Assembly (NCBI RefSeq): GCF_006345805.1
Contig: NC_043001.1
Span: 88,722,001-88,786,000 of the forward strand
DNA length: 64,000 bases
Direction: 5' to 3'
From: Octopus sinensis
Taxonomy: Eukaryota
Shown: one piece after another, positions 49,770 to 62,188 of the stretch
Numbering within the stretch: position 1 is the first letter of the stretch
Layout: the number at the start of each line of letters is the position of its first letter
Notes under the pieces: generated by a model
Seen by the model: only the letters and a program-made list of their open reading frames with translations
Database searches by the model: none
Told to the model about the DNA's origin: nothing
Made by a program: the position numbers and the translations under genes

Positions 49770-50833
49770 GAAAATGGAATTCATGAGACTTTATTCAGAT
49801 CCACTATGATTGTTTCAACTCACCATGCACCAGTACCTTACAGGTGAGATGCTGTACAATCAGTTGTTATGCATCTCCTCAGGTGACTTTTCAAAAAGTA
49901 CCTTGTTTTTTCCTTGTCATTTTGTTTATTTCTATAGCAATACATTTGGATTAGTGTAGCATATGACCCCCCGTCTCCATAAGGAACTGAGATATAATGA
50001 AAGAATCTGTCTCATATAAGCCAATAAGATAAAGTATACAAGGATAAAAGTATAAAGATTGAATGAAATGGAGTACAATGATAATAAGACACAGTTGAAT
50101 AAAAACATAAAATACACATGCGATCAGAACAACAAAGAGAAAAACGATTGAACATTTGTATTGACCTCTACATTTCATCAAAACAAATAAGTTACATTAT
50201 CCATATATATATATACATATACATATATATCATCATCATCATCGGACGTTAAATGATGATGATATATATATATACATATACATATATATATATAAAGATA
50301 GATATACATACAAACCTATATATCCATGCATACATTTCACTATATCTACACACACACATATATCCATACACAATATACATGTATACCTATGCACACACAC
50401 AGGTATATATGTGTGTATACATATAAGTATGTGTGTGTATGTATATACATATATATGAGTAGATAGGCTTATAAGTCAATAAGTTCATTCCTCTGTATAT
50501 GTATGTATGTATGTATAAGGGCCGGTATATGGCAGCCTATATAAATTAATGCATAAATTTCTAGAGGTTCAAACAAAACATTAAAGGATTATGATTAAAA
50601 CAAATAGATTTTACCATTAGAAATGATATGTCTTTGTGCAGTTTGTATGCAAAATATTCTTGGCTTAATTAATCATATAAATGTACCATCCTTTCATTAA
50701 AATTATCACTACCATGATTATGACTTCAATGACTATAATCACTTGAGATTAACTATATTGAACCATCTTTATTCTGTAAAATATTACATGAAACAGTAGA
50801 TGGAGATATCAGCAAAGGTAGAAGAGTGAAAAA

Positions 50834-50864
<31 letters not shown>

Positions 50865-51840
50865 TGTGTGAAAGAGAAGATTTTTGTCAAGTGTGCATGA
50901 GTGCCCATATGTGCTGATATCACTGCATGCATGTATGTATGTATGTATATCTATGGGCACACATTAATGTATAGCTGTGTGCAATTGGATAAGAATATTC
51001 AAGTTAGAATGTATGAATGTATGCATGCATGAATGAGTGTGTATAACAATGTGTGTGTCTATGTTGTGTACATCCCAATCAGTGGTATTGGTTCTCAGAG
51101 TGCATGGATGTGTTTGTGTATCAGTGCATGTAAGCTAATGAATGTGTGTTGTAATAAATTAACTCTAGGTTCAAGAAATCCCAAGAACTATCACCAGACA
51201 GATGTGGAAGCATAGGAAATCAGAGGGAGGAAGTAATAAAAAGAAATAAGAAATGCAAATGAGGTCTGAATAATGCCTGGTATTAATCACTCAGTACCTA
51301 CTTGGGATGCCTTTCTCTGACTTTAGTTTCATATTCTATCTCTCTCTAACCTATTAAATGTGAGAAAGCCAGTTATGATATGTCTCTTTGTACATATAAT
51401 TTATTGGTCAATACAATGCCTGATCATTTCTTTTTTCTTTTTTGTTCTGTTCTGATCGCATGTATATTTTATGTTTATATTCAACTGTGTCTTATTATCA
51501 TGGTATTCCTTTTAATTTGATTTGATTTGATTTATTCTTTATTCTTTTATTCTTGTATGCTTTATTTTATTACTTATATGAGAAGGATTCTTTCATTATA
51601 TCTCAGTTCCTTAAGGAGACAGATAGTATGGTACACTAGCCAAAATGTATTTTTATAGAAATAAACAAAATGACAAGTAAAAAACAAGGTACTTTTTCAA
51701 AAGTCACCTGAGGAGATGCATTTTCACCTATGATGCAGGACAGTTGATTGTATGGCATCTCACCTGTCAGATACCAGTGCATGGAGGGCTAAAACGATCA
51801 TAGTATGTCTGAATAAAGAGTTTTGTGACTTTCGTTTTCC
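49770..51840. repeat. Pair of about 400-bp inverted repeats (49770-50166 and 51406-51840) around a 1.2-kb spacer
   Basis: The arms align along their length by eye and include a perfect 23-bp match, atgcatctcctcaggtgactttt (49869-49891) with aaaagtcacctgaggagatgcat (51699-51721). Confidence 0.85.
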
Positions 51841-52261
51841 AATGAGGCTAAAGCAAATATTGACTAATGAACTGAGAAAGAATTGCTCAATACAAATGTA
51901 GAATGCAGAAATTTTATTTAAGGTGGTCTAGTCGCCTGTTATTCTGAAGTTTCCGTGATGTGTGGTTGCTTCTTCAGACAAAAAAGCCTGGACAAAGTGT
52001 ATGTGTATATATTTCTTTTATTCTTTTACTTGCTTCAGTCATTTGTCAGCAGCAATACTGGAGCACCACTTTGAAGGGTTTTAGTCAAACAAATCAACCC
52101 CCAGGACTTATTTAAGCCTGGTACTTATTTTACCAGTCACTTTTGCCAAACTTAAGTTACAGGGACATAAACATGACAACAGGTGTTGGTGTGTTTACGT
52201 CCCTGCAACTTAGTGGGGATAGGGGGACAAACACAGACATAAAGACACACACACACCTATA

Positions 52262-53689
52262 GAAGAGATACATGGTACCCAAAGGTGATGTTGGTGCCAA
52301 AGGAAGTCATTTGGAGATCAGAGTTATATTTTCTGATGGTCTTTAAAAATGCATGGATTCCTCAGTAGCAACAGTAAGAAGCTGTTTAAGGGGCTCTGAA
52401 TCAACAAGGGCTGCTGCATTACCTTCTCCATTAGAAGAGCACATTACATTTGTCTTTTGCTTCCATTTTTGGCTAAATAATTTTCAGGAATTTTGGAATT
52501 TTCTGCAGCTCATGTATGTCTGGCTGAACCTAGCCTCTGCTTGACATACTCTTTAAACTTTCTGGCCTGGCCTGGCTTGCCCTGGTGGTCTTGTGAGGTT
52601 TCATGGTGCCTGTATGCATCCTACTTGGCAGAATTCTATCGAAGGTGAGCCTGTCATTCATTAGACATTTCCTATTGTCAATGGACAGCCTATCTTGTAG
52701 CATTCTGTTCACTGTGGTTTTCACATTCACTACCAGTCTTGAACTTTCTGTGAGCTGCATTCCTGGCAGCATTAGCTTGCAGTCTTTTTCGACACTGTCC
52801 ATTTGTTTCTGTTGTCCTCAGAGCATAATCGTGTTTGGCAGCAGAAGATACTGGAACTCTCTTTTCTGTAACATTAACAATGGAAACAAATTATAAGAAA
52901 GTAAGTGTAAGCACACGTCCCTTCCTGTTATACCACGGAGGAAAAGACTTTTATGTTAAAAAAAAAGAACACTCAAGAAGGTACATGAACATTGATGCTG
53001 TAGAATGAAATCATTACTATCTGGTGCTGGCTTATGGTTTATAAGGTTAAAAAAAATTTTTTAAACATGATTTCAAGAAAAGTAAGACACAAATGATTGA
53101 AGTGACAGAATATAAAAAATGTAAAGAAAGATAGTTTTTTGTGAAATATTTTCAATAATGTTTAATGTGAAATCTACAAAAACACCTGCAAATTATTGAG
53201 AAAGAAGGAGAAATGGTATAAGTAAGAGAAAGAGAGAAATACATAACATACAGCCAAAAGAATATTTTTCTTTTTCCACATTCTCCCCATCCTTGTTAAT
53301 GCTTATTTTTTCTTCCTCCCACTCCTTTTTTCCATACTGCTCTTATTTCTTGTGCTTCAGATGTTATCAGATTTTTATAAGGAGATGTAAGTTCTGTGAC
53401 ACAGAGAGAGAGAGAGAGAGAGTGATATTTATGTAACAATAGGTAGTCAGTGAGGTAAATTGGGTGAAGTTTTGAGAGAGAGAAATAGGGGGAGATAAAA
53501 TAAATATTGATACAGAGTGAGGCAGGATCATATGAAAAATGAAAGAGAATAAGGAATAGTGGAGTGGAGGATTAAGACAAAGAAAATCTAAAAGGAAGAA
53601 GCAGTGGAGAAACAACCATGTGTTATGAGAAGATGGGAAGAGAACCAGATGTATACACACAAACATTTATATGTATAAAGATAGATAGA
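52262..53689 (-). mobile_element. Helitron 5' fragment with decayed RepHel N-terminus
   Basis: Minus strand 52262-52900 gives ET/R-rich repeats (RTTETNGQCRKRLQANAARNAAHR), then KWK...MCSSNGE...EPLKQLL..ATEESMHF and KYNSDLQMTSFG, typical of the Helitron RepHel N-terminal region. TC-start-like end near 53689. Confidence 0.75.
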
Positions 53690-53739
53690 TACATACATAT
53701 ATACATACATATTTATATTTATATGTAGCTACTTGGATA

Positions 53740-56720
53740 GATTTCAACTGGTATTGGCCCAAGCCATGACTAACTTAAAAGCACCACTTACAGATGATGT
53801 TTAATCACGTTTAATTTTTACAGTCATACTCTGGGCACTTATAACCGATCCAAGTAAAGAATTATTGGTTGCAGAGCTATATCTGAGTGTAGGTGGTTTA
53901 TCTGGAATTTGTCCAGTAACTGTTTGTTATGGGATATTTTTCTTCTCTTTTACATCTTGGCACAATGTTAAAGAGAGCAGGATCAAGTGAGGTGAAATAA
54001 TTCTGTCTTAATGTTTTGATGTGAGCTCAGCTTTTGCTGAGAATGTTTGGCATGAGAACCAAGATTTGGGTAAAAAAAAGTTGATGTCAATATTATTAGG
54101 GCAATGGTGATGGAATATTTTCCATATCATGCAAATGGTATAGTGCTTATGGTAGCTTTGAAGGGGCTAGAGCTTGAGTTTCTTGAACCAATCCCACTAA
54201 TCAAGACTTGTCACTGATTTTTTTTTTTGTGACTAATCCATGAAGGACTTCAATTTTTATAATACTTTGTTTCATGTGGAGAGACCTCAGCTGACAGCAG
54301 TATTCAAGGAGAGGACAGGAAAAGGTAGAGAAGAGAAAAAGAATAGCAGAAGCATTCCTGGACCTAAGAATCCAAAGGATTCATGAGCACATCCTGTGGA
54401 CCATGTCAACTTTGCTGTTTATATGGGTACTCCAGCTTAAGGTATTATAGGTAATTACTCCAAGGACTCTAGCAGTATTTGATGCCATGATCGTTGTGTT
54501 CAGTGAAGGAGAAAGAGGTGGATTATCTGTATCCTCTTTTCTGAAGTTGATTATTTGAAATTTATCACCATTTAGCTGCATATGGTGTATGCTTTTCTTC
54601 TTTTTTCTTTCTTTTTCTTTAGCCCATTAGATAACAGCAAGCAGATCTAATTGGAGATATGCCCAGTCTCCTCTGTTGACGACCTTCAGCAGCTTAGAGT
54701 AATTTTCTTACAGCCAAGTTTGATGGCATCTGTGATGTCACGAATGTAAATAAGAAAGAGAAGTGGGCCCAACACAGTGTCTTGTGGGACTCCATTAATG
54801 ATTCTCACTGAGTTTGATTGAACACCATCAACTGCAACATACTGGGTTCTGTTCACAAGAAAACACTTATTCCACTTTAAAAGTTTCCCCATAGACTCTA
54901 ATACTGGATGGTTTCTCCCACAGGATGCTGTGATCAATCTTTACTGAAGCTAAGGCATATTATATCAGTATAAGAGCCCTCTCTTAGAGTCTTTAGAATG
55001 TCTACAAAGTGATGTGGGAATTTTGTTAGGCAGTCTCTCATTGCAGAAACCATGTTGGTTGGAATTAAGGAAGTAAATTGCTCAAAATCTCATCACACTT
55101 TCAAATAATTAGATGACATGAGAGATAAGTGAGATTAAGTTATTAATTGGTAATTCAATGTAAGTGAATTTCTTCTTTTTTAGAAAAGTAGGGCAACTGA
55201 GATAGAAAATGATAAGGAATATAACCAACATCCAGTGATTTCCTCCAGAGAATGGCAAGTAGGGATGTGAATTGATGTCGACATTCTTTCAGGATTCTAG
55301 TGAAGAACTTATTGGGGCCTGCAAATGAGTTACTTTCTTAATTTTATTTATATCTACTATGATATCCAGAGTGCCAAAAGATATGTCAGATAGGTTGTGC
55401 TGTCCAGATCAACCATATTGGGATTGCCGAAAGCAGATGTTGTCCAGATCAACCATATTGGGATTGCCGAAAGTAGATGTTGTCCAGACCAACCATATTG
55501 GGAATGCCGAAAGCAGATGTTGTCCAGATCAACTATATTGGGATTGCCGAAAGTAGATGTTGTCCAGATTAACCATATTGGGAATGCCGAAAGCAGATGT
55601 TGTCCAGATCAACCATATTGGGATTGCCGAAAGCAGATGTTGTCCAGATCAACCATATTGGGATTGCCGAAAGTAGATGTTGTCCAGACCAACCATATTG
55701 GGAATGCCGAAAGCAGATGTTGTCCGAACCAACAATATTGGGTTTGCCAAAAGCAGATGTTGTCCAGACCAACCATACTGGGATTGCCGAAAGCAGATGT
55801 TGTCTAGATCAACCATATTGGAATTGCCAAAAGCAGATGTTGTCCAGACCAACCATATTGGGATTGCTGAAAGCAGATGTTGTCCAGATTAACCATATTG
55901 GGATTGCCGAAAGCAGATGTTGTCTAGATCAACCATATTGGGATTGCCGTAAGCAGATGTTGTCCAGACCAACCATATTGGGATTGCTGAAAGCACATCT
56001 TGTCCAGACCAACCATATTTGGATTGCCGAAAGCAGATGTTGTCTAGATCAACTATATTGGAATTGCTGAAAGCACATCTTGTCCAGATCAACCATATTG
56101 GGGTTGCTGAAAGCAGATGCTGCCCAGGCCAACCATATTGGGATTGCTGAAAGCACATCTTGTCCAGATCAACCATATTGGGATTGCTGAAAGCAGATGC
56201 TGCCCAGACCAACCATATTGGGATTGCCGAAAGCAGATGTTGTCTAGACCAACCATATTGGGATTGCCGAAAGCAGATGTTGTCCAGAACAACCATATTG
56301 GGATTGCCGAAAGCAGATGTTGCCCAGACTAACCATATTTGGATTACCGAAAGCAGATGTTGTCCAGACCAACCATATTGGGATTTCCAAAAGCAGATGT
56401 TGTCCAGACCAACTATATTGGGATTGCTGAAAGCAGATGTTGTCCAGACCAACCATATTGGGATTTCCAAAAGTAGATGTTGTCCAGACCAACTATATTG
56501 GGATTGCTGAAAGCAGATGTTGTCCAGACCAACCATATTGGGATTGCTGAAAGCAGAGCTGTATTGTTTCTGCAGAATCTCACCATATCTTTAGCATCAC
56601 TATGGAAATTGTTGTCTTTGTCAATCAGATGTCCAACAGATGAAATAGCATCCTTATGCTTTTGGGCAAATGAGAACACTTTGGAATTGAGTTCTATTTT
56701 GTCACTGGCCCAGTTCTCCT
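53740..56720 (-). mobile_element. CR1/L2-group LINE ORF2 remnant, interrupted by the 40-bp array
   Basis: Minus strand gives FSFAQKH..SSVGHLIDKDNN..DAKDM (56560-56700), NLSDISF...AGPN..ILKEC..LWRKSLDVG (55200-55390), VAVDGVQSNSVRIINGVPQDTVLGPLLFLIYI (54686-54937) and MQLNGDKFQ. Confidence 0.88.
55401..56556. repeat. Minisatellite, 29 copies of a 40-bp unit (tgtccagaYcaaccatattgggattgccgaaagcagatgt)
   Basis: Units start every 40 bp in exact register from 55401 to 56521, with substitutions only and no unique spacers. Confidence 0.97.
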
Positions 56721-57464
56721 CTGCTGATCATTTACACACACATGTAAACATATATAGGCATGTGTGTATCTGTGTGTGTGTAAAAATAAAAAACACAAAA
56801 ACAAGGTAAATAAACAAACAAGGTATATTAGGTTGATGCTCAGGAAAATTGGAAGGAGCCTTTAATTTTGGGGGCATATGCTCTTCTATGGAAAGGATAG
56901 ATGAAGAAAGAAAAAAATGGAGAGAAAAGAACAAACATAACCCACTTAGATGGTCACCACATGCTGAAATATATATAAATTATACATACATACATGGATG
57001 CATGCATGCATGTATGTATGTGTGTGTGTGTGCGCATGCACATGCACATACCCGTGTGCATGCATGCCCATATACCATTTCACATTTTCTAAATTAAACA
57101 AAAAAAAATGAAAGATATTCCCATGTCAAAGCAGATATAATTTATACTAAATTACATATGCTTTACACATGTCATCAACAATAGGCATATTTATCATTTG
57201 CGAAAAGCTGAATTCCACTTTAAAAAAAGTCATCCCATTTCCTTTTTAACATTTCCCTTCTAGCCCAAGAGACTTTACGTCAAAATTCTGCTTGTTTTCC
57301 TTCAAGTTTTTAGGCTGGACACCAACCACATTGCTCTCAGTAGACTAAAAGAACCTGCAATGGTCAACAGCCCAAACTAGCCTCTTCTAACTTGATGGTC
57401 GTTGAAGATGGCTGTGTCAGTTTAAAAGAGTCATGGACAACCTTTTTCGAGAAGCAGGTCACAC

Positions 57465-58504
57465 TACTAAGAGAATTCAAAGAAATATTTCGTAAGTGTG
57501 TCCTTTAGAAAGTCCCCCTGGTCGCAAATGGCCCAAGTTTAGTTTAAAACGACCAGTAATCAACACATGTACGCATGCGCAAGCCTGAGCTATTCTGAAA
57601 TTAAACTGACATTTGCACAGGCATTCATTCAAGCCTTCCTTTATCCGCACCGACGATATCCAATGGAATGTCCGTCGATTTGGGCCAATGCAACCTGGTG
57701 CCAGTGTCGTTGCAGACATTACTGCCAGATGCAAAGAGTCATGACAAATTTCACAAGTTATCTGGTCTTATTCGTTTACAATGTCACTAATCCATAGTCC
57801 TGATTTGGTACTTCTTTTATTGATCCCGAAAGGATGAATGGTAACAACGAATTTTATATAAGGTGAAACGTATATAAATTATAGAAAATAAGTGAAATAG
57901 TATTCTGGAACATTAATATCGTTGTGAAAGTAATTACTGACCAAATGGAAATTTCCTAAAACTTTAAATCTCATACTTTTGTCTTTACGGTCGCAATCAT
58001 AGGCTTTCAAGTTCGATAACTATCGCAATGTTATTTAGTAATTACTTCCCTTTAGTTAAATTTTAAGAAAATATGCGTTATTATTTTTATCTTTTACTTG
58101 TTTTAGCTATTGGACTGCTAGGGTGCCGCCGTGAAGGAAACGCAAACGAATTCACCCAAGTACTTATTTTTTTAAAACCCTTGTGCTTATCCCTCCAGTC
58201 TCTCATGCTGAACTTCTAAGTTACGCAGACGTAAACAAAGCCAACACTGATTGCCAAGCGGTAGTAGGCGACAAACACGCATGTGTGTGTGTAGAGCTCC
58301 TCAATGGATCTTGAGCCTAACAATGACACTTCACGCAATGAGTACATATTCCATTTTATTAAACCTGACCAATATTTTTCAAGCAATGGTATAATTTGTC
58401 GACTAGGAACTTATTGCAAAGCTGCATGATAAACAATATTTTTTTGTCTTCCCACTCAGGGGTCAGTACAGTTTTTTTTCTGTGTAACCTCTTTCTTTCT
58501 TTCT

Positions 58505-58578
<74 letters not shown>

Positions 58579-58998
58579 ATTTTGATTGTTTTCAACCATC
58601 ACTATCACCAGTACCACCACCATTGCTACCACAACAGCTATACACACACCATTCAGATTTCTGATGCCACCACCTCAATACCTTTGACTTCGCCACCTTG
58701 CCCTCCACCACCATCACCACTATCTTTCACATTGCTTACTATCACCGTTGACCCTGACTGCTTCAGCTATCCCCACCACCATCATCATCACCATCACCGC
58801 CACCTCTATCACAACTACAGCTCATACTATTACTATCACTCCATTACCATCACAACCGTCAATCTACTACTGTCTCTATGCCTTCTATTACTATCATCCC
58901 AACATGAGCAATAGTAGGACTGTCAATGAATAGTGAGAGAAGGGGTCAAAGTGTGACACACTGACACACAAATTAGTTTTCGCATTTATTATATTAGA
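57465..58998 (-). mobile_element. Probable non-autonomous Helitron (5' end clear, 3' end tentative) with a nested SINE and (TC)n
   Basis: Minus strand starts a|tctaatataataaatgcg at 58998. A near-palindrome acgaaatatttc and a gtag|t end near 57465-57495 are only suggestive. Confidence 0.4.
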
Positions 58999-59009
58999 TT
59001 TATATATAG

Positions 59010-61370
59010 TCAATAAAACATGTCAGAAAAGAAGCACACTAAAGATTAGAGCAGTAATTATTAAAATAAAAAGTTAAATTCTGGCCCAAAGGCCACAGCC
59101 TTTTGGACAGCTTGTCAGCCTCTATACAAAGACAAAAAAATTAAACTTTCTACCATGCGGATGTGAGGAAACGCTCAGATATCGTGATCTAATGGCTAAC
59201 ATATAAAGACATTAATGAGGAGGGGGTTATCTCACCTGGACCAGAGGATAAAACAACCCTTATAGACCCAAAATAGCCTAACCAGCAAACAGGGAGATCC
59301 AATTTTCCAGTAGGTAGCCCTTGAAATGGACACATTTAGAGAAAACTTCCTTATGACTATTTAATGCGCCAGGTTTAGCATACTCCTCAAGAATTTTAGA
59401 TCTCTCTATGATGCAGATTTTGCAATGGCCACTCCTATTAATATATGGGCTTGGGTGTTCTTTTATTTTCCACCTAATGTCACATGGGGTCCCTTAATCT
59501 TTGAAGCACCACGCATGGCTGGCCAGGGATATGACAAAACATCTTTCTGAGACTCTGAAGGATGACTGGTGGTTATGGAAGTGACGTTTGAAAGATGTAC
59601 TCGCCGATCTGATATATTTACAAACTTGTGATGTGGCTATGTTCGCACTCCTGGTATATCTCTAGTAGGCTCTGGGCCTGGGGATACTGTTGGTAACACC
59701 GTTGCTGACATTGTCAATATGGCACAGTGATCCAGTGGTGTTATTGCTATGGATATCATTTCTGGTCATATGGTTGGCAATGAAGCTGCTGGTGTTAGTG
59801 TGGGTGTTGGTAACATATGGTGCGGGGCTTGTCATTCCATTGGTGTCGATGATAATTGTTTGGTCATCATCTGTGGTGGTTGTACTGGGGACGCCGGATA
59901 CCCCTTCTGTGTCTCTGGTCCTGGATTGGTCATCGTCTCTAGGTGTGGCAATTGTACCAGTGGTAACATATGGTGTGGTCACTCTATTGGTGTCAATGAT
60001 AAGGGTTTGTTTATCATCTGTGGTAGTGTTACAAGGATTTCTTGGCTAGAGGATAGATTCGAGATTCTCTTGCTTATACCCTTCACTAGGTTCTTGAAAA
60101 CTATAGTGGGGTAGTAGGAGGCTGTGCCAATAAAGGACAGCTTCTCATTTAGCTTGTGATAGGGTCTATATGTACCAGAGCCTAGATCTAAAGTAACATC
60201 AAGGAAATCTACTGTGAGATTAGTCTCAATGGTGATCTTGAGTCCCATTGAGCCTAGGGCACTAATTAGGTCCTTTCTAAGTCTAGCTAGTGTGTGCCTG
60301 TTGGCTCCTCTTGAGATGGCTAGCGCGTCATCTCTGTAAAGACTGAAAAGGACCAAAGGAAACCTCTTCTCTACGATGTCTGGGATGTATAGTCTGATAA
60401 GATCACTGACATTGATGCTGTCATAGGCTCTCATAGCTACTTCGAAGGAGCCCTTGGGGTCAGACTGCTTGACCCACATCAAATCTTTGTTGAACAGCAC
60501 CGTCTTCCTGACATGCATGATAACACTAATATTACTGTCACTAATATCTGTGAAGCCCTTAGCAAAGGAAAGTGCCTTCAATAACAACTCTTTTGAAATC
60601 AATGGATAAAAGTTGACAATGTCAAACTGTGTAAGCCTAGCCCTGCCTCTCCTCCGGTTGGCAATAAACCTTGAGGTCACCTCATTGGTGCTGTGCCATA
60701 GAGGGAGGCTTCTGTGCCTCCTTACATCATCATTAATCTTCCTCAGTATATACATACTCGCCTGGCTAATCTCAGGTTGATCAGGTGGCATTTGGGGTTA
60801 GAGGCAAAATTCAGCTTGTGGTCCTTTAAAGTGATAAAGGCATTTCTCTTGGCCAAGATCTTTACTCTGTCTGCTATACCTAGCCTAATTGCTATCTGTT
60901 TAGCTTCACAGTTAATGTTATTATAAGTGTGTCAAGGAGTGCGTCTGTATTTTTGTGTGATTGAATCATTTAAAAGCCTATTGTGTGTGTCCATCATGTA
61001 TAAGTTCTTAGTCTTATCTGAAAAGATTAAGTTCTTAGTCTTATCTGAGAAGATTAGAGTTTCTTATTTTTTGTATATCTTCATGGAGTTTGCTTTGAAA
61101 AAATAAAAAGAATTTAGGGAATTTCAGCCTGGGTATTATGCCCAGTAGGTCCACTTTGAAGGCCTCAAGTTCCTTGATTGTAGGTGGGAATTTCCTAGAC
61201 TTGACACCATACATGTTGGCCTTGGTAATATATATATATATATATATATATAAAATACAAAATGGGACAAGAATGCAAAACATCCGGACAACTAGGTTAA
61301 ACAAAAAGGAGACAACAAAGCATCCAGAAAGATGATACAAAGAAAACAAGGAAGGGTCATTCAAAGTTTT
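59010..61370 (-). mobile_element. Decayed Penelope-like retroelement (RT plus C-terminal GIY-YIG/CCHH, Naiad-like architecture)
   Basis: RT ORF 59979-60791 has FDIVNFYP, LYRDDAL and VDFLDVTLDL. Upstream frames give YGVKSRKFPPTIKEL and FITLKDHK. About 59290-59650 gives YIRSASTSFKRHFHNH...WKI...CKICIIERSKIL...LNSHKEVFSKCVH. Frameshifted. Confidence 0.9.
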
Positions 61371-62123
61371 CTATCTTCAGTCAAGAACTAGATTATCCTT
61401 GCAATTTCGGCTGATTATTCTTGAGATTGCTCCAATCTGGCCAGCCCCAAGAAAGACTAAGCTAAGAGCATTAGATTCCTTGGAAGAAAGCAGCGAATGT
61501 ATACAAAAACAAGGATAGAAAAAACGGACAATGTTACACAAATATAAATACAAGAAAAAATGCAAGAAAAATAATAACAGGACATAACAACATAACAATA
61601 TGTGTCTTTCGACTAAGGACAAATTGAATTAAGCTGGCATGTGTGGAAATGAAGCCTTACGGCAGAGATACAACAGTTTCACAAATACAGGGAAGAATAT
61701 CGATGTTGCAGAGACATATTACCAATTTGTTTCACCTGTTTTGAGGTATACAGTGTTTTTTAACACACTGTATCTTAAAGTGACTTCCCCTGCATGAAAA
61801 ACTGCAGCCTGAAAGTATTTAAGCAAAACACAAACATTAAGTACAGGATATCAATAATGCTCCCATTACTAGAGCTGCTTCTAACTCAAAAATTTAATTC
61901 TGTTTTACTTGTGTGGTGCTGTTGCATGTTAGCTGATAGATTTTATGCTATTTGCAAGTATGTCAGACTAAAATTTTGAATTCCTTTTGAAAGTGGCCCA
62001 AGTCTATGGTACTGATGAGCTGAAATAACAGGACCAGTTCATTTCACTTGGTTTTGGGATATATACAGAGTTTTTCAAGAAACATCAATAATGTTTATGC
62101 TATTAGAGCTGCTTCTGACTCAA

Positions 62124-62178
<55 letters not shown>

Positions 62179-62188
<10 letters not shown>

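Noticed and set aside
51706-51765. CTGAGGA-GATGC...GCATC hairpin in the inverted-repeat arms as a hammerhead
   Set aside because: The stem is followed by TCAC rather than GAAA in both arms, so the catalytic core is incomplete.
55401-56556. CRISPR-like regular array, or repeat-protein ORFs (up to 215 aa)
   Set aside because: Units are contiguous with no unique spacers, no cas genes are present and the context is eukaryotic. The ORFs arise from a 40-bp unit cycling through frames inside a dead LINE.
59078-59123. Hammerhead in the 3' pLTR of the Penelope-like element
   Set aside because: It is homologous to the 23.5-kb motif but the core has decayed to CTGACAA...GAAT with no stems I or III. 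It is used only as evidence of family relationship.
62005-62050. ctgatgagctgaaa as a hammerhead core
   Set aside because: There is no room for stem II, and no stem I or III complementarity.
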